A DNA stretch of 64,000 bases from Myxococcota bacterium (lineage in GTDB: Bacteria; Myxococcota_A; UBA9160; JAFDDA01): the NCBI GenBank assembly GCA_965228475.1, contig OZ245817.1:4576001-4640000 (forward strand), in the 5' to 3' direction. Position numbers and translations under genes: made by a program. The notes beneath the pieces were generated by a model that made no database searches, had not been told where the DNA came from, and worked only from the letters and a program-made list of their open reading frames with translations. Below, in pieces: positions 32,264 to 42,200 of the stretch; position 1 is the first letter of the stretch; every line of letters begins with the position of its first letter.

Positions 32264-32719
32264 CTAGCGTGGGGGCGGTACGAGGACGAGGGGCACGACG
32301 GCGCGGCCTCCCGGAAAGCCTTCACCGTCGGAGACGTCGGGCTCGAAAACGATCAGGTGGCCGAGCTGCGGCTCGTCGACGGAAAAGACGGCTTCGAAGG
32401 AGAACGGGCCCGCGCCATCGACGCCACCGCCCGAGGTGTGGCCCGAGGCGACGGTCCGACCTCTTCTGTCCTGAAGCTCCCAGACCACGTTCGACTCGAA
32501 GGTCCGGGAGCAGCCGGCCACGCGAAGCGGGCTCGTGGCTCGCACGCCGGGAGTCGGCTCGGCGACGAGAACGAAGGCAGACTCGGCCAGGACGGGGTCG
32601 AGCGGATCGCATGGGGCCTGCGGTTCAGAGCAGGCCACCAGTACGACGCAGAGAGTCGCAGCGGCTCGACACGATCGGCCGGATCTGCACGACGAAGCTG
32701 ATCGATTGGGCGCTGACAC
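32264..32719 (-). CDS. Gmad2 immunoglobulin-like domain lipoprotein (start uncertain)
   Basis: Lipobox LVAC; SPLRVAG..RTFESNV..EL.D..G motif typical of Gmad2. Confidence 0.65.
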   Translation of the reverse strand: MSAPNRSASSCRSGRSCRAAATLCVVLVACSEPQAPCDPLDPVLAESAFVLVAEPTPGVRATSPLRVAGCSRTFESNVVWELQDRRGRTVASGHTSGGGVDGAGPFSFEAVFSVDEPQLGHLIVFEPDVSDGEGFPGGRAVVPLVLVPPPR

Positions 32720-33045
32720 TACCACCGACGATGCGACCGGATCCGCCTGGAGTCTGCCTCCGGACCGGAGAGAGACTCCTCCCATCGCATGAGCAGACAA
32801 CCGGCCAACCAGAAAGCGGAAAGGAGAACCAAGGGCCAATCGAGAGGCTTGGCGGACTGGAACGGCGAGGCAAGCGCGAGCATCAGGCAAGCCAGGGCCG
32901 TCGCCGGATGCCAGGTGACGCGCCCATAGCGGTCAGAGACCCGCTTGAACCTCGGGAACCGTTCGAACAGCTGGGGTGAAACGAGCATGAACAGGGTCAT
33001 GCCGATCAGGACCAGGAAGATGAGGATGGCATCCGTTCCACTCAA
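32719..33045 (-). CDS. Small hypothetical membrane protein
   Basis: Three hydrophobic segments; stop overlaps next start (TAGTG). Confidence 0.5.
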   Translation of the reverse strand: MSGTDAILIFLVLIGMTLFMLVSPQLFERFPRFKRVSDRYGRVTWHPATALACLMLALASPFQSAKPLDWPLVLLSAFWLAGCLLMRWEESLSGPEADSRRIRSHRRW

Positions 33046-33065
33046 CCGGATCCCTTCTGCGCGGC

Positions 33066-34008
33066 TCAGCCTCCAAGCTCTTCGCCACCGCTCGACATCG
33101 GGCGTCGCTCGATTCTACCACGCAGCGTCCCGCGGACGTCTCGCGCTGGCGCTTGGTCCAAGGACTCGGCCTGGCTTCTCCAGATCTCGCGTGCCAGGCG
33201 AATGTCGCGAAGGCACGACTCATCGAAACGCGTCGGCAGCTCGGCGGTGAACGCCCCGCGAAGGAGGTTGCGAAGGACGCTTCGCCAGTCGGGCTGGACC
33301 ATGACACACGTCGGGTTCGTGCAATGGGGAGACTCGGGTTGCTTGTGCGCGGGGTTCCAGACGAGCCCGGGGAAGTGCCCCGCTTCGTGGACGAGGGTAG
33401 ACGTCTCGATCTGCTCTTCGCCGATCCAGAGCACCTCACTCTGGCGAACGTTTTCCTTGAAGACGAAGATCGTCGACAGGTGATCCTTGCGGACCTGACC
33501 ATCGGTAGCGCTCAGCAGAAAAGGAAGGTTTGCGAAGAGCCCGAAGAGATCCGGGTGATCCTTCGGCGCATCCGGCAGATAGATCAAATAGAGTCGCATC
33601 TCCCGGGATCGACGATTCGAAAGAGCGTCCACACGGTCTTGCAGCAACTCCTGCGTGGACAATGCGAACTCCAGCCCGCTCAACGTTTCCCACTCGCTCG
33701 CGGGAATCTCGTCGTCGAGCCGGATGGAGACACCGAACCCTTTGGGCGCCACCTCAGCGAGGCGACGCTCGAGCGTGCGAAGCGCCGCCGCATTCGGTCC
33801 ATGCCCCCTCGACCCAATCAATCTCGATGACCAACTCGTCGAACGCATCGCGGGTCAGGAAATCTCGGTTCATGCCCGTAGCGAGGACGAGCGACTCGTC
33901 GAAGTCCGACGGGAGCGGACCGCGTGGGTACCGCAAGATCGCGGTACAGCCGATCAGGAAGACCGCCAAGAAAGCCCCGAAGGCCCGGAGGCGAGACGCT
34001 GCCATCAT
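33066..34008 (-). pseudogene. Lipoprotein zinc metalloprotease split by a +1 frameshift (or assembly error)
   Basis: N-part (33754-34008) has lipobox LIGC and LVIEIDWVEG; C-part has HEAGHFPGL and HCTNPTCVM; frames join by removing one G from the G5 run at 33804-33808. Confidence 0.7.
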
Positions 34009-34143
34009 TGTGAAGGGCGAAGTTCGGACATCGGCCCCGGAACCCTATCACGACACCGATCAAGAAATCGCTCCGCACCCGCGATTGCCCTCGTCGAATC
34101 GACGCATGCGATACGCTGCCAGCCCACTCGAGAGGAGCCTGAC

Positions 34144-34545
34144 GTGGCTGAAACAATCTTTGCGATCTCGGACTTTGCGGAGCTGTACGCGCTCCACAAG
34201 ACGATCCTCGAGGCCAAGTTCAGCGAGGCGCCGCTCGAAGAGGAGATCGCTGGCAGCCCCCACGTCGCCGCGGTGGCGAACCGGGTCTTCGACACGCTGA
34301 TCGAACTCGAGCGGGAGGCGCACGGCGAGGAGCGGGCGCAGGCCTGGGAGGACTGGCGGCTCGCGGCACCGAACCGGCGGGAGTGGGTAATCGCCGCGCA
34401 GCGCGTCGACCGGGAGGGCCTGTGGTCAGGATGGAGCGCGGAAGAGAAGCGTGACTTCGCGAAGCGGCTGTTGAGCCCGTTCGTCGTGACCGATGCGCTG
34501 CTCGAGGACTTCATCGCCGAGGTGGACTCGAGCCAGGAGGTCTAG
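34144..34545 (+). CDS. Hypothetical protein (133 aa)
   Basis: GAGGAG RBS before GTG; protein-like helical composition. Confidence 0.65.
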   Translation: MAETIFAISDFAELYALHKTILEAKFSEAPLEEEIAGSPHVAAVANRVFDTLIELEREAHGEERAQAWEDWRLAAPNRREWVIAAQRVDREGLWSGWSAEEKRDFAKRLLSPFVVTDALLEDFIAEVDSSQEV

Positions 34546-34874
34546 GGCTCGGTCGCGACGCGGCGCCAGCCGGTCTTCGGATGCCGGACGTAGTGCCAGA
34601 CTTCTGAGACATCGGCCCCACCCGGCGCCGAGTAGTCGATACGTAGGGCGACCGCATCGACCTCGCCCCAGACGGCTTCTGTCGAGAGGAGACGGGCTCC
34701 GGTGATCGCTTCGACGAGGTCGGTTTCGACCTGCGAACGCGGCGGTTCGAGTTCCGCCCCGAAGTGGACCGCGACCAGGAGACCGATTCCGAACAGGCCG
34801 AGGGTGACCAGGACGATCGCGAGAGTTCCACGGCCCGCCGTGCGTTTGCCTGTCGCCTGAATCGGAAGACCCAC
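34542..34874 (-). CDS. Hypothetical single-TM protein (start uncertain)
   Basis: TM segment TLAIVLVTLGLFGIGLLVAV followed by a soluble domain. Confidence 0.45.
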   Translation of the reverse strand: MGLPIQATGKRTAGRGTLAIVLVTLGLFGIGLLVAVHFGAELEPPRSQVETDLVEAITGARLLSTEAVWGEVDAVALRIDYSAPGGADVSEVWHYVRHPKTGWRRVATEP

Positions 34875-34906
34875 TGCCTGTCTCCGACGATCGACGCCTA
34901 CCGAAG

Positions 34907-35377
34907 CTAGGCCGCGACCGACTTCCAGTACACGATCTTGTCGTCGCCCGGCGCGTAGTAGTCTCGCACGCGCGCCTCCAGCTCGTAGCCGCACGAACCG
35001 TAGAACGAGCGGGTGCGCTCGTAGCGCGGCAGGCTCGACGTCTCGATGAGCAGGATCCGCGCGCCCTCGGCAGCCGCCGCGGCTTCGAAGTGCCGCACGA
35101 GCGCCGCGCCGTGACCCGATCCCTGGTGCTCGGGGTCGATGGCCAGCATGTACAGGTTCCACACGCCGTCGCTGAAGGGCTCCGGCGCGAAGTAGGCAAC
35201 CCCGGTCAGTCCGCCGTCGAAGTAGCCGAGCCAGTGGTGGTCGCTTCCGAGCTCACCGGACAGGTGGGCTTCGAGCATGCCGCGGACTTCGCCGAGCTCG
35301 TCCGGCGCGAACAGGCCACTCGACTCGGCGACGGCCAACACGGCCGGCGCGTCTTTCTCGATGATGGGCTGGATCAT
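34907..35377 (-). CDS. GNAT family N-acetyltransferase
   Basis: LAIDPEHQGSGHG motif A; IETSS, FYGSCGY. Confidence 0.9.
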   Translation of the reverse strand: MIQPIIEKDAPAVLAVAESSGLFAPDELGEVRGMLEAHLSGELGSDHHWLGYFDGGLTGVAYFAPEPFSDGVWNLYMLAIDPEHQGSGHGAALVRHFEAAAAAEGARILLIETSSLPRYERTRSFYGSCGYELEARVRDYYAPGDDKIVYWKSVAA

Positions 35378-36129
35378 GAGGCCGCGACCCTCTCCGGAGA
35401 CCACACCACGACGTCGATCCGCCGACTGAAGTGCAGAAGCTCCGGCGAGCCGGAGACTTCGATCCCGTACGGCACGAGCATCTCGTTGCGTTCGATCGTC
35501 GCCTCTGCCCTCTGAAGCGGCCACGGCTCGTGGTGAACCTCTGCACGGAACAACCGCCCCTGCGGCGACTGCGCGTAGAGGCAGTACCGCTCCGTGAGCC
35601 AATGCTCGAGCGAGCCGGGAGTACTGAGATAGGGATCGCCACCAGGCGCGTACGAACCCTCGAACGACAGGCCACGCGGGTCCGATCGACGGGTGGAGCG
35701 GTAGCGGACCTGATCCGGGAGGCCTTCGAGCGACATCCGCGCATGGAAGTACGGCAGGTGGAAGAAGCAACGAGCAGCCCATACGGCCACGACGTTCGCG
35801 GCATCGAGGCTCAGGAACCAGACGCCCGGACGTCCCTCGTGCTCGACGTAGAGGCGGACGTTCAACTCCGAGAATGCCGAGAAGTACGGCAGGTCGGGAA
35901 AGGGTCGTCGCATCACGCCCGCCATTCGGAAGGGCACGATGCCGACCCAGGAGGTGCCTTCGAACTCCTGGACCTCGAGCGGTGCGGGAACCAGGTGCTG
36001 AAGCGCCGAAGCCGGCACGGGCCAGTGCGCAAAGAGCAGGTCCCGCCACGACTGGCGCCACGACCAACGGGAAGACGGAACCGGCCAGGGCCGGTGATCG
36101 AGGTGCTCGAGCGAGGGATGCTGCGGCAC
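35374..36129 (-). CDS. DUF2071 (YqjF) family protein
   Basis: QSWRDLLFAHW, ELNVRLYV, GVWFLSLDA, LTERY, HHEPWPL. Confidence 0.9.
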   Translation of the reverse strand: MPQHPSLEHLDHRPWPVPSSRWSWRQSWRDLLFAHWPVPASALQHLVPAPLEVQEFEGTSWVGIVPFRMAGVMRRPFPDLPYFSAFSELNVRLYVEHEGRPGVWFLSLDAANVVAVWAARCFFHLPYFHARMSLEGLPDQVRYRSTRRSDPRGLSFEGSYAPGGDPYLSTPGSLEHWLTERYCLYAQSPQGRLFRAEVHHEPWPLQRAEATIERNEMLVPYGIEVSGSPELLHFSRRIDVVVWSPERVAAS

Positions 36130-36262
36130 TAGGCGTTGGCTCCCGCCGGGTCAGGCGTCCGGTTCGTGCACATGGGCTGACCACGGAAGAAGGGTACCCG
36201 TGACCTTTCTCCCGTGTCGAAGGGTTCGTTCTTTCCAGCGGGCGAGGCCGTCACCGACGTCA

Positions 36263-37207
36263 TCAGGCCACCAGCAGCCGGGCGAAGTAGAGCGCGAAGG
36301 CCGCGAGCAGGACGCCGCCCTCGATCCTTCCGAGTCGGCGGCGGGCGACGATGAGCCCCATCACGACGCAGGCGAAGCCGATCATCGTTCCGAGGTCGAT
36401 CCACGTGATGTTGCCGATCGCCAGCGGGTCGACCAGCGCCGTGATCCCCAGGATGCCGAGGATGTTGAAGAGGTTGCTTCCCACGACGTTGCCGATCGCG
36501 ATGTCCCCCTGGCCGCGGACCGAAGCCACGACCGTGGTCGCGAGCTCGGGGACGCTGGTTCCGATCGCGACGACGGTGAGCCCGATCGCCGCCTGACCGA
36601 CTCCCAGCGAAGAGGCGAGGTCGACGGCGGCGCGAACCAGAACGTGTCCTCCGGCGACGAGCAGGGCGAAGCCCGCGAACGCAACGAGGCCGCCCCGCCA
36701 AGCGCCTTCCGCCGGCTCGGGCGCCGCGGAGGCGAGCTCTTCGCGAACCTCCGGGGCCTCCCGCCCTGCCTCCCAGAAGGTGAACACCACGTAGGCGGCC
36801 AACGCCGCTACCAGGAGCCCCCCTTCCGCGCGGGACGCCGTGCCATCCGCCAGGATGAGCAGGAGAGCGAACGACGCGGCGATCATGAGGGGCGCGTCGA
36901 AGCGGACGATCTTGGACTGGACCACCGCGGGGCACAGGAGCACGGCCAGGCCGAGGATCAACCCGAGGTTCGCGATGTTCGAGCCGACGACGTTTCCGAC
37001 GGCGATGTCGTTCGCTCCGGACAGCGCGGCGTCGAGCGAAACGACGAGCTCCGGCGCGCTGGTCCCGAAGGCGACCACGGTCAACCCGATGGCGAGCGGC
37101 GAGACGCCCCAGCGGGCCGCCAGCGCCGAAGCGCCTCGAACCAACCATTCACCGCCGAAGTAGAGCAGGGCCAGGGCCGCGATGACTTGAACGATCGATC
37201 CGACCAC
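36263..37207 (-). CDS. Ca2+/Na+ antiporter (YrbG-like)
   Basis: Two alpha repeats GTSAPEL / GTSVPEL with GNVVGSN. Confidence 0.93.
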   Translation of the reverse strand: MVGSIVQVIAALALLYFGGEWLVRGASALAARWGVSPLAIGLTVVAFGTSAPELVVSLDAALSGANDIAVGNVVGSNIANLGLILGLAVLLCPAVVQSKIVRFDAPLMIAASFALLLILADGTASRAEGGLLVAALAAYVVFTFWEAGREAPEVREELASAAPEPAEGAWRGGLVAFAGFALLVAGGHVLVRAAVDLASSLGVGQAAIGLTVVAIGTSVPELATTVVASVRGQGDIAIGNVVGSNLFNILGILGITALVDPLAIGNITWIDLGTMIGFACVVMGLIVARRRLGRIEGGVLLAAFALYFARLLVA

Positions 37208-37234
37208 GGAATCTCCCCCTGCCCGTTCGTCGAA

Positions 37235-37810
37235 CTAGAGCCTCGTATCGATCCGGATCGTCACGCCCGTCGCGCCTGCGTCGACGGGGTCCGGCGCGGC
37301 GCCCTGCAGGTCGCCGGGCTCGCGCGAGGTGGCGTTGCCGTCGCCGTCGACCCGTGCGGAGAGCAGCAGCGGGCCTTCGAACGGGATGGACTGGATCATT
37401 CGGTCGCCCGGGCCGATCTCGAAGGGGAGCGGGAACTTCGGGTTGGGGATGCGTTGGACGGCGATGGGCGGGCCGCCGCCGGGCTTGCGGGCGACGAGGA
37501 AGAGGATGGCGTCCGCGGGGACCTGGCCTTCGAGCTCGGGCGTGAGGACCATCGTGCCGGCGATCGGTTCGGCTTCGGCGGCGACGGGGGTCGCGCCGCG
37601 GCCGCCCATGGGCTGGGGCGGGGCGCCGGCCATGGGGCCGCCTTCCTGGGCGCGCTCGCGTTCGGCGACGCGGGCGGCGCCCTCGGGAAAGATCCGCTTC
37701 AAGTCCGGCTGTTCGACCTGTTCGTTCGGGTCGTAGGGCTCGATGGAGCGGTCGCAGCCGGCGAGGAGCAGAGCGCCCGCGGCGAGGAGCAGCACGAAGG
37801 GTTTGCGCAT
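37235..37810 (-). CDS. Lipoprotein with CcmI/CycH C-terminal-like domain
   Basis: Lipobox LAGC; LFLVAR..GGGPPIAV, FPLPFEIG, ARVDGDGNA..PGDL. Confidence 0.75.
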   Translation of the reverse strand: MRKPFVLLLAAGALLLAGCDRSIEPYDPNEQVEQPDLKRIFPEGAARVAERERAQEGGPMAGAPPQPMGGRGATPVAAEAEPIAGTMVLTPELEGQVPADAILFLVARKPGGGPPIAVQRIPNPKFPLPFEIGPGDRMIQSIPFEGPLLLSARVDGDGNATSREPGDLQGAAPDPVDAGATGVTIRIDTRL

Positions 37811-37856
37811 GGTCGGACGGTAGCAGCCCGGCACCCGGGCGACCGAACCTGGCCGG

Positions 37857-39020
37857 CTAGAGGCCGGTGCGGTCGATGCGGCGGGCGAGGTCTTCGAGGA
37901 GGTCGAGCTGGGTATCGAGGGCGGCGCGATCGATGCGCTCGATGCCATCGGCCGCGGAGTGGAGTCCGGAAGGGGTGCCCTGGCCGATGCGGTGACTCGC
38001 CAGGGTGACGGCGGGGATGCCGGCGGCGAGGAACTCGCGTGAATCGGTCACGGCGCCGCCGAAACGCTCGAGCGGGAAGCCGCGGCGCTCGCGCTGGGTC
38101 TCGTCGGCGAGGGCCACGAGCCGCGGGGAGGCGTCGTGGCTCCCGAACACGAAGTGCTCCTCGGCGACGTACCCGAGATCCGGCGCCGCGCCGATCAGCT
38201 CGAGATTCACCACGGCCGCCGGAACCTCCGCGGCCGCCACGCGCGGCGCGTACGCCCGCGCACCTTGGGTCGCGACCTCCTCTCCCGATAGGAACAGCAG
38301 CTCGACCTCCGTGCGCGCGAGCGGCGCCGCGGCCAGCCGCTCGCCGAGCTTCAAGATCAGGGCACACGCGGCGCCGTCGTCGAGCGCGCCCGGGCTCGGC
38401 CGCGGATGGAACGCACCCCCCGTGAGCGTCGCGAAGGTCAGCAGCCCGTACGCCCCCGCCGCGAAGGGCGCCGAGGCGACGACGAACCGCCGCACCCCCT
38501 CCCCTCGCCGCGGCCGCGCTGCCAACGCGCCGAGCCCCGCAGCCACGAGCATCCACACCACCATCGGCACCGAAGCGCCCTCGACCCAGCGCCGCTCGCG
38601 GTGATCGAAGAGATCCGTCTTGCTGTCGTAGTGCGCGGAGAGGATCAGGCGCTGCTCCACCGCCCCGGCCGGCGCCACGCGCGCCACGACGTTGACCTGC
38701 TCCTCGGACTCGATCACCGAGTAGAGGGGCCGGACCTCGGTATCCACCACGATCAGGAGCGGCGCGGCGAGCGCCACAAAGGCCGCCAGGCCGAAGCGAC
38801 GCTCGCGCATCGCGCGCGCATAGAAGAGGCAGCCGAGCAGGGCGACGATGCCCGCGAGCCGCAGCGCCTGGGGCCGCGCCAGGTACGCCACGGCCTCGGG
38901 CGCGAGACCCATGCCGGCGAGCGCGTCCATCAGGCGGTCGGCGGTCTCGGCGAGAGCATGGCTGCCGTTCTCGCGCGGTACCGTGAGCCACGGCAGCAGT
39001 TCGTCCCAACCGTTTTCCAT
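37857..39020 (-). CDS. M28 family peptidase with TM insertions
   Basis: SAHYDSK, GALDDG, SGEE, NLELIG, LHSAAD. Confidence 0.85.
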   Translation of the reverse strand: MENGWDELLPWLTVPRENGSHALAETADRLMDALAGMGLAPEAVAYLARPQALRLAGIVALLGCLFYARAMRERRFGLAAFVALAAPLLIVVDTEVRPLYSVIESEEQVNVVARVAPAGAVEQRLILSAHYDSKTDLFDHRERRWVEGASVPMVVWMLVAAGLGALAARPRRGEGVRRFVVASAPFAAGAYGLLTFATLTGGAFHPRPSPGALDDGAACALILKLGERLAAAPLARTEVELLFLSGEEVATQGARAYAPRVAAAEVPAAVVNLELIGAAPDLGYVAEEHFVFGSHDASPRLVALADETQRERRGFPLERFGGAVTDSREFLAAGIPAVTLASHRIGQGTPSGLHSAADGIERIDRAALDTQLDLLEDLARRIDRTGL

Positions 39021-39046
39021 GGGAGGCGGCATGGTAGCATCGCGCC

Positions 39047-39985
39047 ATGCGGCCCTTTCTCCTCGCGACGTGCCTGCTCTTCCTCGCTGCTCCCACCCAC
39101 GCGGACGCTCCGGCCGGCGACGGCTCCACGCCGCAGTCCGCGGTGCTCGCGGACCTCCCGTTCCTCGAAGACGCACCCCGCGGCCGGATCGCCGTCGACC
39201 TCGCCGCCGAAGGGAACCCGCCGCTCGCGCTCATCGTCGATACCGGCGCTTCGGTCTCGCGCGCGACGCCGCGCGCGGCCGTGAAGCTCGGCCTGCCTGG
39301 CGAACGCGGCCCGGCCGAGGCACCGACCCTTCTAGGCCGGCCCATCACGATCCACGTCGACGGGCCCGGACGCAACGCTTCCGCCGGCGCGGAGCCGACG
39401 GCGCTCGGCGGCGATTTCCTTTCGGCCTACGTCCTCGAGTTCGACTTCGCCGAGCGCCGGCTGCGCTTCCTCGACCCGGAGCGCTTCGAGGTCCCGGCCG
39501 CCGCGAAGAAGAAGGGCGAAGCCGTCCTACCCATAGGGCTCGAAGCGAACCGCCCGAGCCTCGGAGCCACGGTGCAGGGCAAGCCCACCCGCCTGTGGGT
39601 CGATACCGGCTCGCCGCTCCCGGTGATCCTCTCGCAGACCACCGCCGATGCCGTCGGCCCGCTCGATGCGCTGAGCGACCTCCGCGGCGCCGGCGTGCAC
39701 CAGCGCGTGAAGGTGCAACTCCGCTGGCTCGACTCCCTCGCCCTCGGCGGCTTCGCCTTCGACGGCCTCCCCGCGATGGTCCTCCACGACGGCTGGAACC
39801 GGGAGCCGGTGGGCGATTCCGTCGTCGGCGTCGAGCTGCTCTCGGAGTTCAAGGTCCGCATCGACTACCCACGCAAGCGGATCTGGCTCGCCCGGCGCCC
39901 GAGCCCGCCGCGGGCCTTCAACGGCGTTCCCTACGTGAACCGCGCCGACCTCATCGCGAAGATGTTCCGCGGCGCCAAACCCTGA
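39047..39985 (+). CDS. Secreted two-domain retropepsin-like aspartyl protease
   Basis: Signal peptide; IVDTGAS and WVDTGS; LGGDFL and VGVELL motifs. Confidence 0.8.
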   Translation: MRPFLLATCLLFLAAPTHADAPAGDGSTPQSAVLADLPFLEDAPRGRIAVDLAAEGNPPLALIVDTGASVSRATPRAAVKLGLPGERGPAEAPTLLGRPITIHVDGPGRNASAGAEPTALGGDFLSAYVLEFDFAERRLRFLDPERFEVPAAAKKKGEAVLPIGLEANRPSLGATVQGKPTRLWVDTGSPLPVILSQTTADAVGPLDALSDLRGAGVHQRVKVQLRWLDSLALGGFAFDGLPAMVLHDGWNREPVGDSVVGVELLSEFKVRIDYPRKRIWLARRPSPPRAFNGVPYVNRADLIAKMFRGAKP

Positions 39986-40082
39986 CCCGGGGGACGTTCC
40001 TTCCTGGCGCTCGGCGAGGCGCCCTGCCCCATCAGGTGTCGCCGACGGCGCGCGCGCCTGTTAGGCTCGAAGCGTTTGCGGT

Positions 40083-40187
40083 GCCTAGGGGTGGAGGTCG
40101 CACGGCGCGGTCCTCCTGAGATCAGACCCTTCGAACCTGAACTCGGCTCGGCAGCTCTCCGGAGCGCCGGGCGAGCGTAGGAAAGGC
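40083..40187 (+). promoter_or_regulatory. TPP riboswitch
   Basis: AGGGGTG...CTGAGA..GACCCTTCGAACCTGA...GCGTAGGAA, P1 gcct/aggc, directly upstream of thiC. Confidence 0.9.
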
Positions 40188-40248
40188 CTGACCCGCTCGA
40201 AGCCAGCTGAACCTGGCCCCCCTCGGTGCTCCTCCAGAGGAGTCCGAC

Positions 40249-42018
40249 ATGACGACAGAGCGCGAGCTGAACCCCGACGAGCCGAACGGCCGCGGGCGAT
40301 TCCACCGGCCGACGGCCGGCCACAACCCTTCAAGCGTCGCCGCCGGCACGAACCCCGGAAGCTTCGCCAGTGCGCCCGGCGTGGGCACCCCCTGGGCCTT
40401 CGCCTCGCCGGACACGCCCGGCATGCCCGCCCCCTCGGACAAGACGGCCTGGGACTTCATGCCCGCCGACTGGACCCGGGAAGAGGACGGCACCTGGACC
40501 CCGCCCGAAGGCTTCACCCCCGTGACGCAGCTCGAGCACGCCCGCGTCGGCAGCGTGACGCCGGAGATGACGCGCGTCGCCGAGCGCGAAGGGCACCTGA
40601 CGCCCGAGCAGGTGCGCCGTGAAGTCGCCGCCGGCCGCATGGTCATCCCCGCGAACAAGGTCCACCTCGGCCACGCCCTCGACCCGATGGCCATCGGCCG
40701 CGCGAGCAAGACCAAGATCAACGCCAACATGGGCGCATCGCCCGTCTCGAGCTCGACGGACGAAGAGGTCGAGAAGCTCCACTGGGCCGAGCGCTGGGGC
40801 GCGGACACGGTCATGGACCTCTCGACCGGCGGCCCCATCGACGCGACGCGCGAGGCCATCGTCAAGAACGCGAGCGTCCCGATCGGCACGGTGCCGATCT
40901 ACTCGATGATCCTCGGCCGCAAGATCGAGGATTTGACGCGCGAGCACATCCTCGAAGGGATCGAGCACCAGGCGCGTCAAGGCGTCGACTACATGACGGT
41001 CCACGCAGGCGTGCTGCGCGAGCACCTGCCCCTGGTCCAGAAGCGGCTCATCGGCATCGTCTCCCGCGGCGGCTCGCTGCTCGCCAAGTGGATGATCCAC
41101 CACGGGAAACAGAACCCGATGTACGAGCACTGGGAGGACATCTGCGCCGTCCTCCGGCGCTACGACGTGACCTTCTCGATCGGCGACGGGCTCCGCCCGG
41201 GCGGCCTGGCCGACGCTACCGATGACGCACAGCTCGCGGAGCTCGCGACGCTCGGCGAACTGTGCGAGCGCGCCTGGCGCTGCGGCGTGCAGGTCATGAT
41301 CGAGGGCCCGGGCCACGTGCCCTTCGATCAGATCGAGTACAACATGAAGCTCCAGCGCACGCTGTGCCACGGCGCGCCCTTCTACGTGCTCGGCCCGCTC
41401 GTGACCGACATCTTCCCGGGCTACGACCACATCACGAGCGGCATCGGCGCCACCGCCGCCGCCTACCACGGCGCGAGCATGCTCTGCTACGTGACGCCGA
41501 AGGAGCACCTCGGGCTCCCGAAGCGCGAGGACGTGAAGCAGGGCTGCATCGCCTACAAGATCGCGGCCCACGCCGCGGACGTAGCGCTCGGCATCCCGGG
41601 CACCCGGGACCGGGACGACGAGCTCACGAAAGCCCGCGCGGCCCTCAACTGGGAGAAGCACTTCGAGCTCAGCTTCGACCCCGACACCGCCCGCGCCTTC
41701 CACGACGAGGATCTCGACGTCGACACGGATTTCTGCGCGATGTGCGGACACGATTGGTGCTCGGTGCGCATCAGTAAGGAGATCACCGAGTTCATGAGCG
41801 GGAAGGACGAGGCGTACACCTGGCAGAAGCCCCAGGTCTCGGCCGCGCTCAGCGAGGAGCAGCGTGAGATTCTCGAGAAGCGCGGCGTGCTCAGCCCCGA
41901 GGAGATCCACCGGCTCGCGAACAAGACGCGCGAGCAGGTCGGGGCGGACCGTGGCGAAAAGGCCGCATGCCACAGCGACGTGGCGGAGGCCGACGAGGCG
42001 CGCGAACTCCAGGCCTAG
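40249..42018 (+). CDS. thiC: Phosphomethylpyrimidine synthase
   Basis: [53 protein letters not shown] cluster. Confidence 0.97.
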   Translation: MTTERELNPDEPNGRGRFHRPTAGHNPSSVAAGTNPGSFASAPGVGTPWAFASPDTPGMPAPSDKTAWDFMPADWTREEDGTWTPPEGFTPVTQLEHARVGSVTPEMTRVAEREGHLTPEQVRREVAAGRMVIPANKVHLGHALDPMAIGRASKTKINANMGASPVSSSTDEEVEKLHWAERWGADTVMDLSTGGPIDATREAIVKNASVPIGTVPIYSMILGRKIEDLTREHILEGIEHQARQGVDYMTVHAGVLREHLPLVQKRLIGIVSRGGSLLAKWMIHHGKQNPMYEHWEDICAVLRRYDVTFSIGDGLRPGGLADATDDAQLAELATLGELCERAWRCGVQVMIEGPGHVPFDQIEYNMKLQRTLCHGAPFYVLGPLVTDIFPGYDHITSGIGATAAAYHGASMLCYVTPKEHLGLPKREDVKQGCIAYKIAAHAADVALGIPGTRDRDDELTKARAALNWEKHFELSFDPDTARAFHDEDLDVDTDFCAMCGHDWCSVRISKEITEFMSGKDEAYTWQKPQVSAALSEEQREILEKRGVLSPEEIHRLANKTREQVGADRGEKAACHSDVAEADEARELQA

Positions 42019-42200
42019 CGTGGGAGCCCCGGGCGAGCGGTTCTGGGCCGGCCCCCAGAACGAGAATCGCCCCGGGATCCGAAGATCCCGAGGCGTTCGT
42101 TCCGAGCTTTGCCCCCCCCTGGCTCGACCCGGACCGATGTTCATTGGTTCGGAATCCGGTGCGCGCGCTTGAGTCTTTTTTGCCTAGGGAGTGCTTTTCC

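Noticed and set aside
42019..42200. SAM/SAH riboswitch upstream of the MtnK-like gene
   Set aside because: Hairpins (gggatc-cgaa-gatccc; ggctcga..ttgagtc followed by T6) are present but no conserved SAM-I/II or SAH core; may simply terminate thiC
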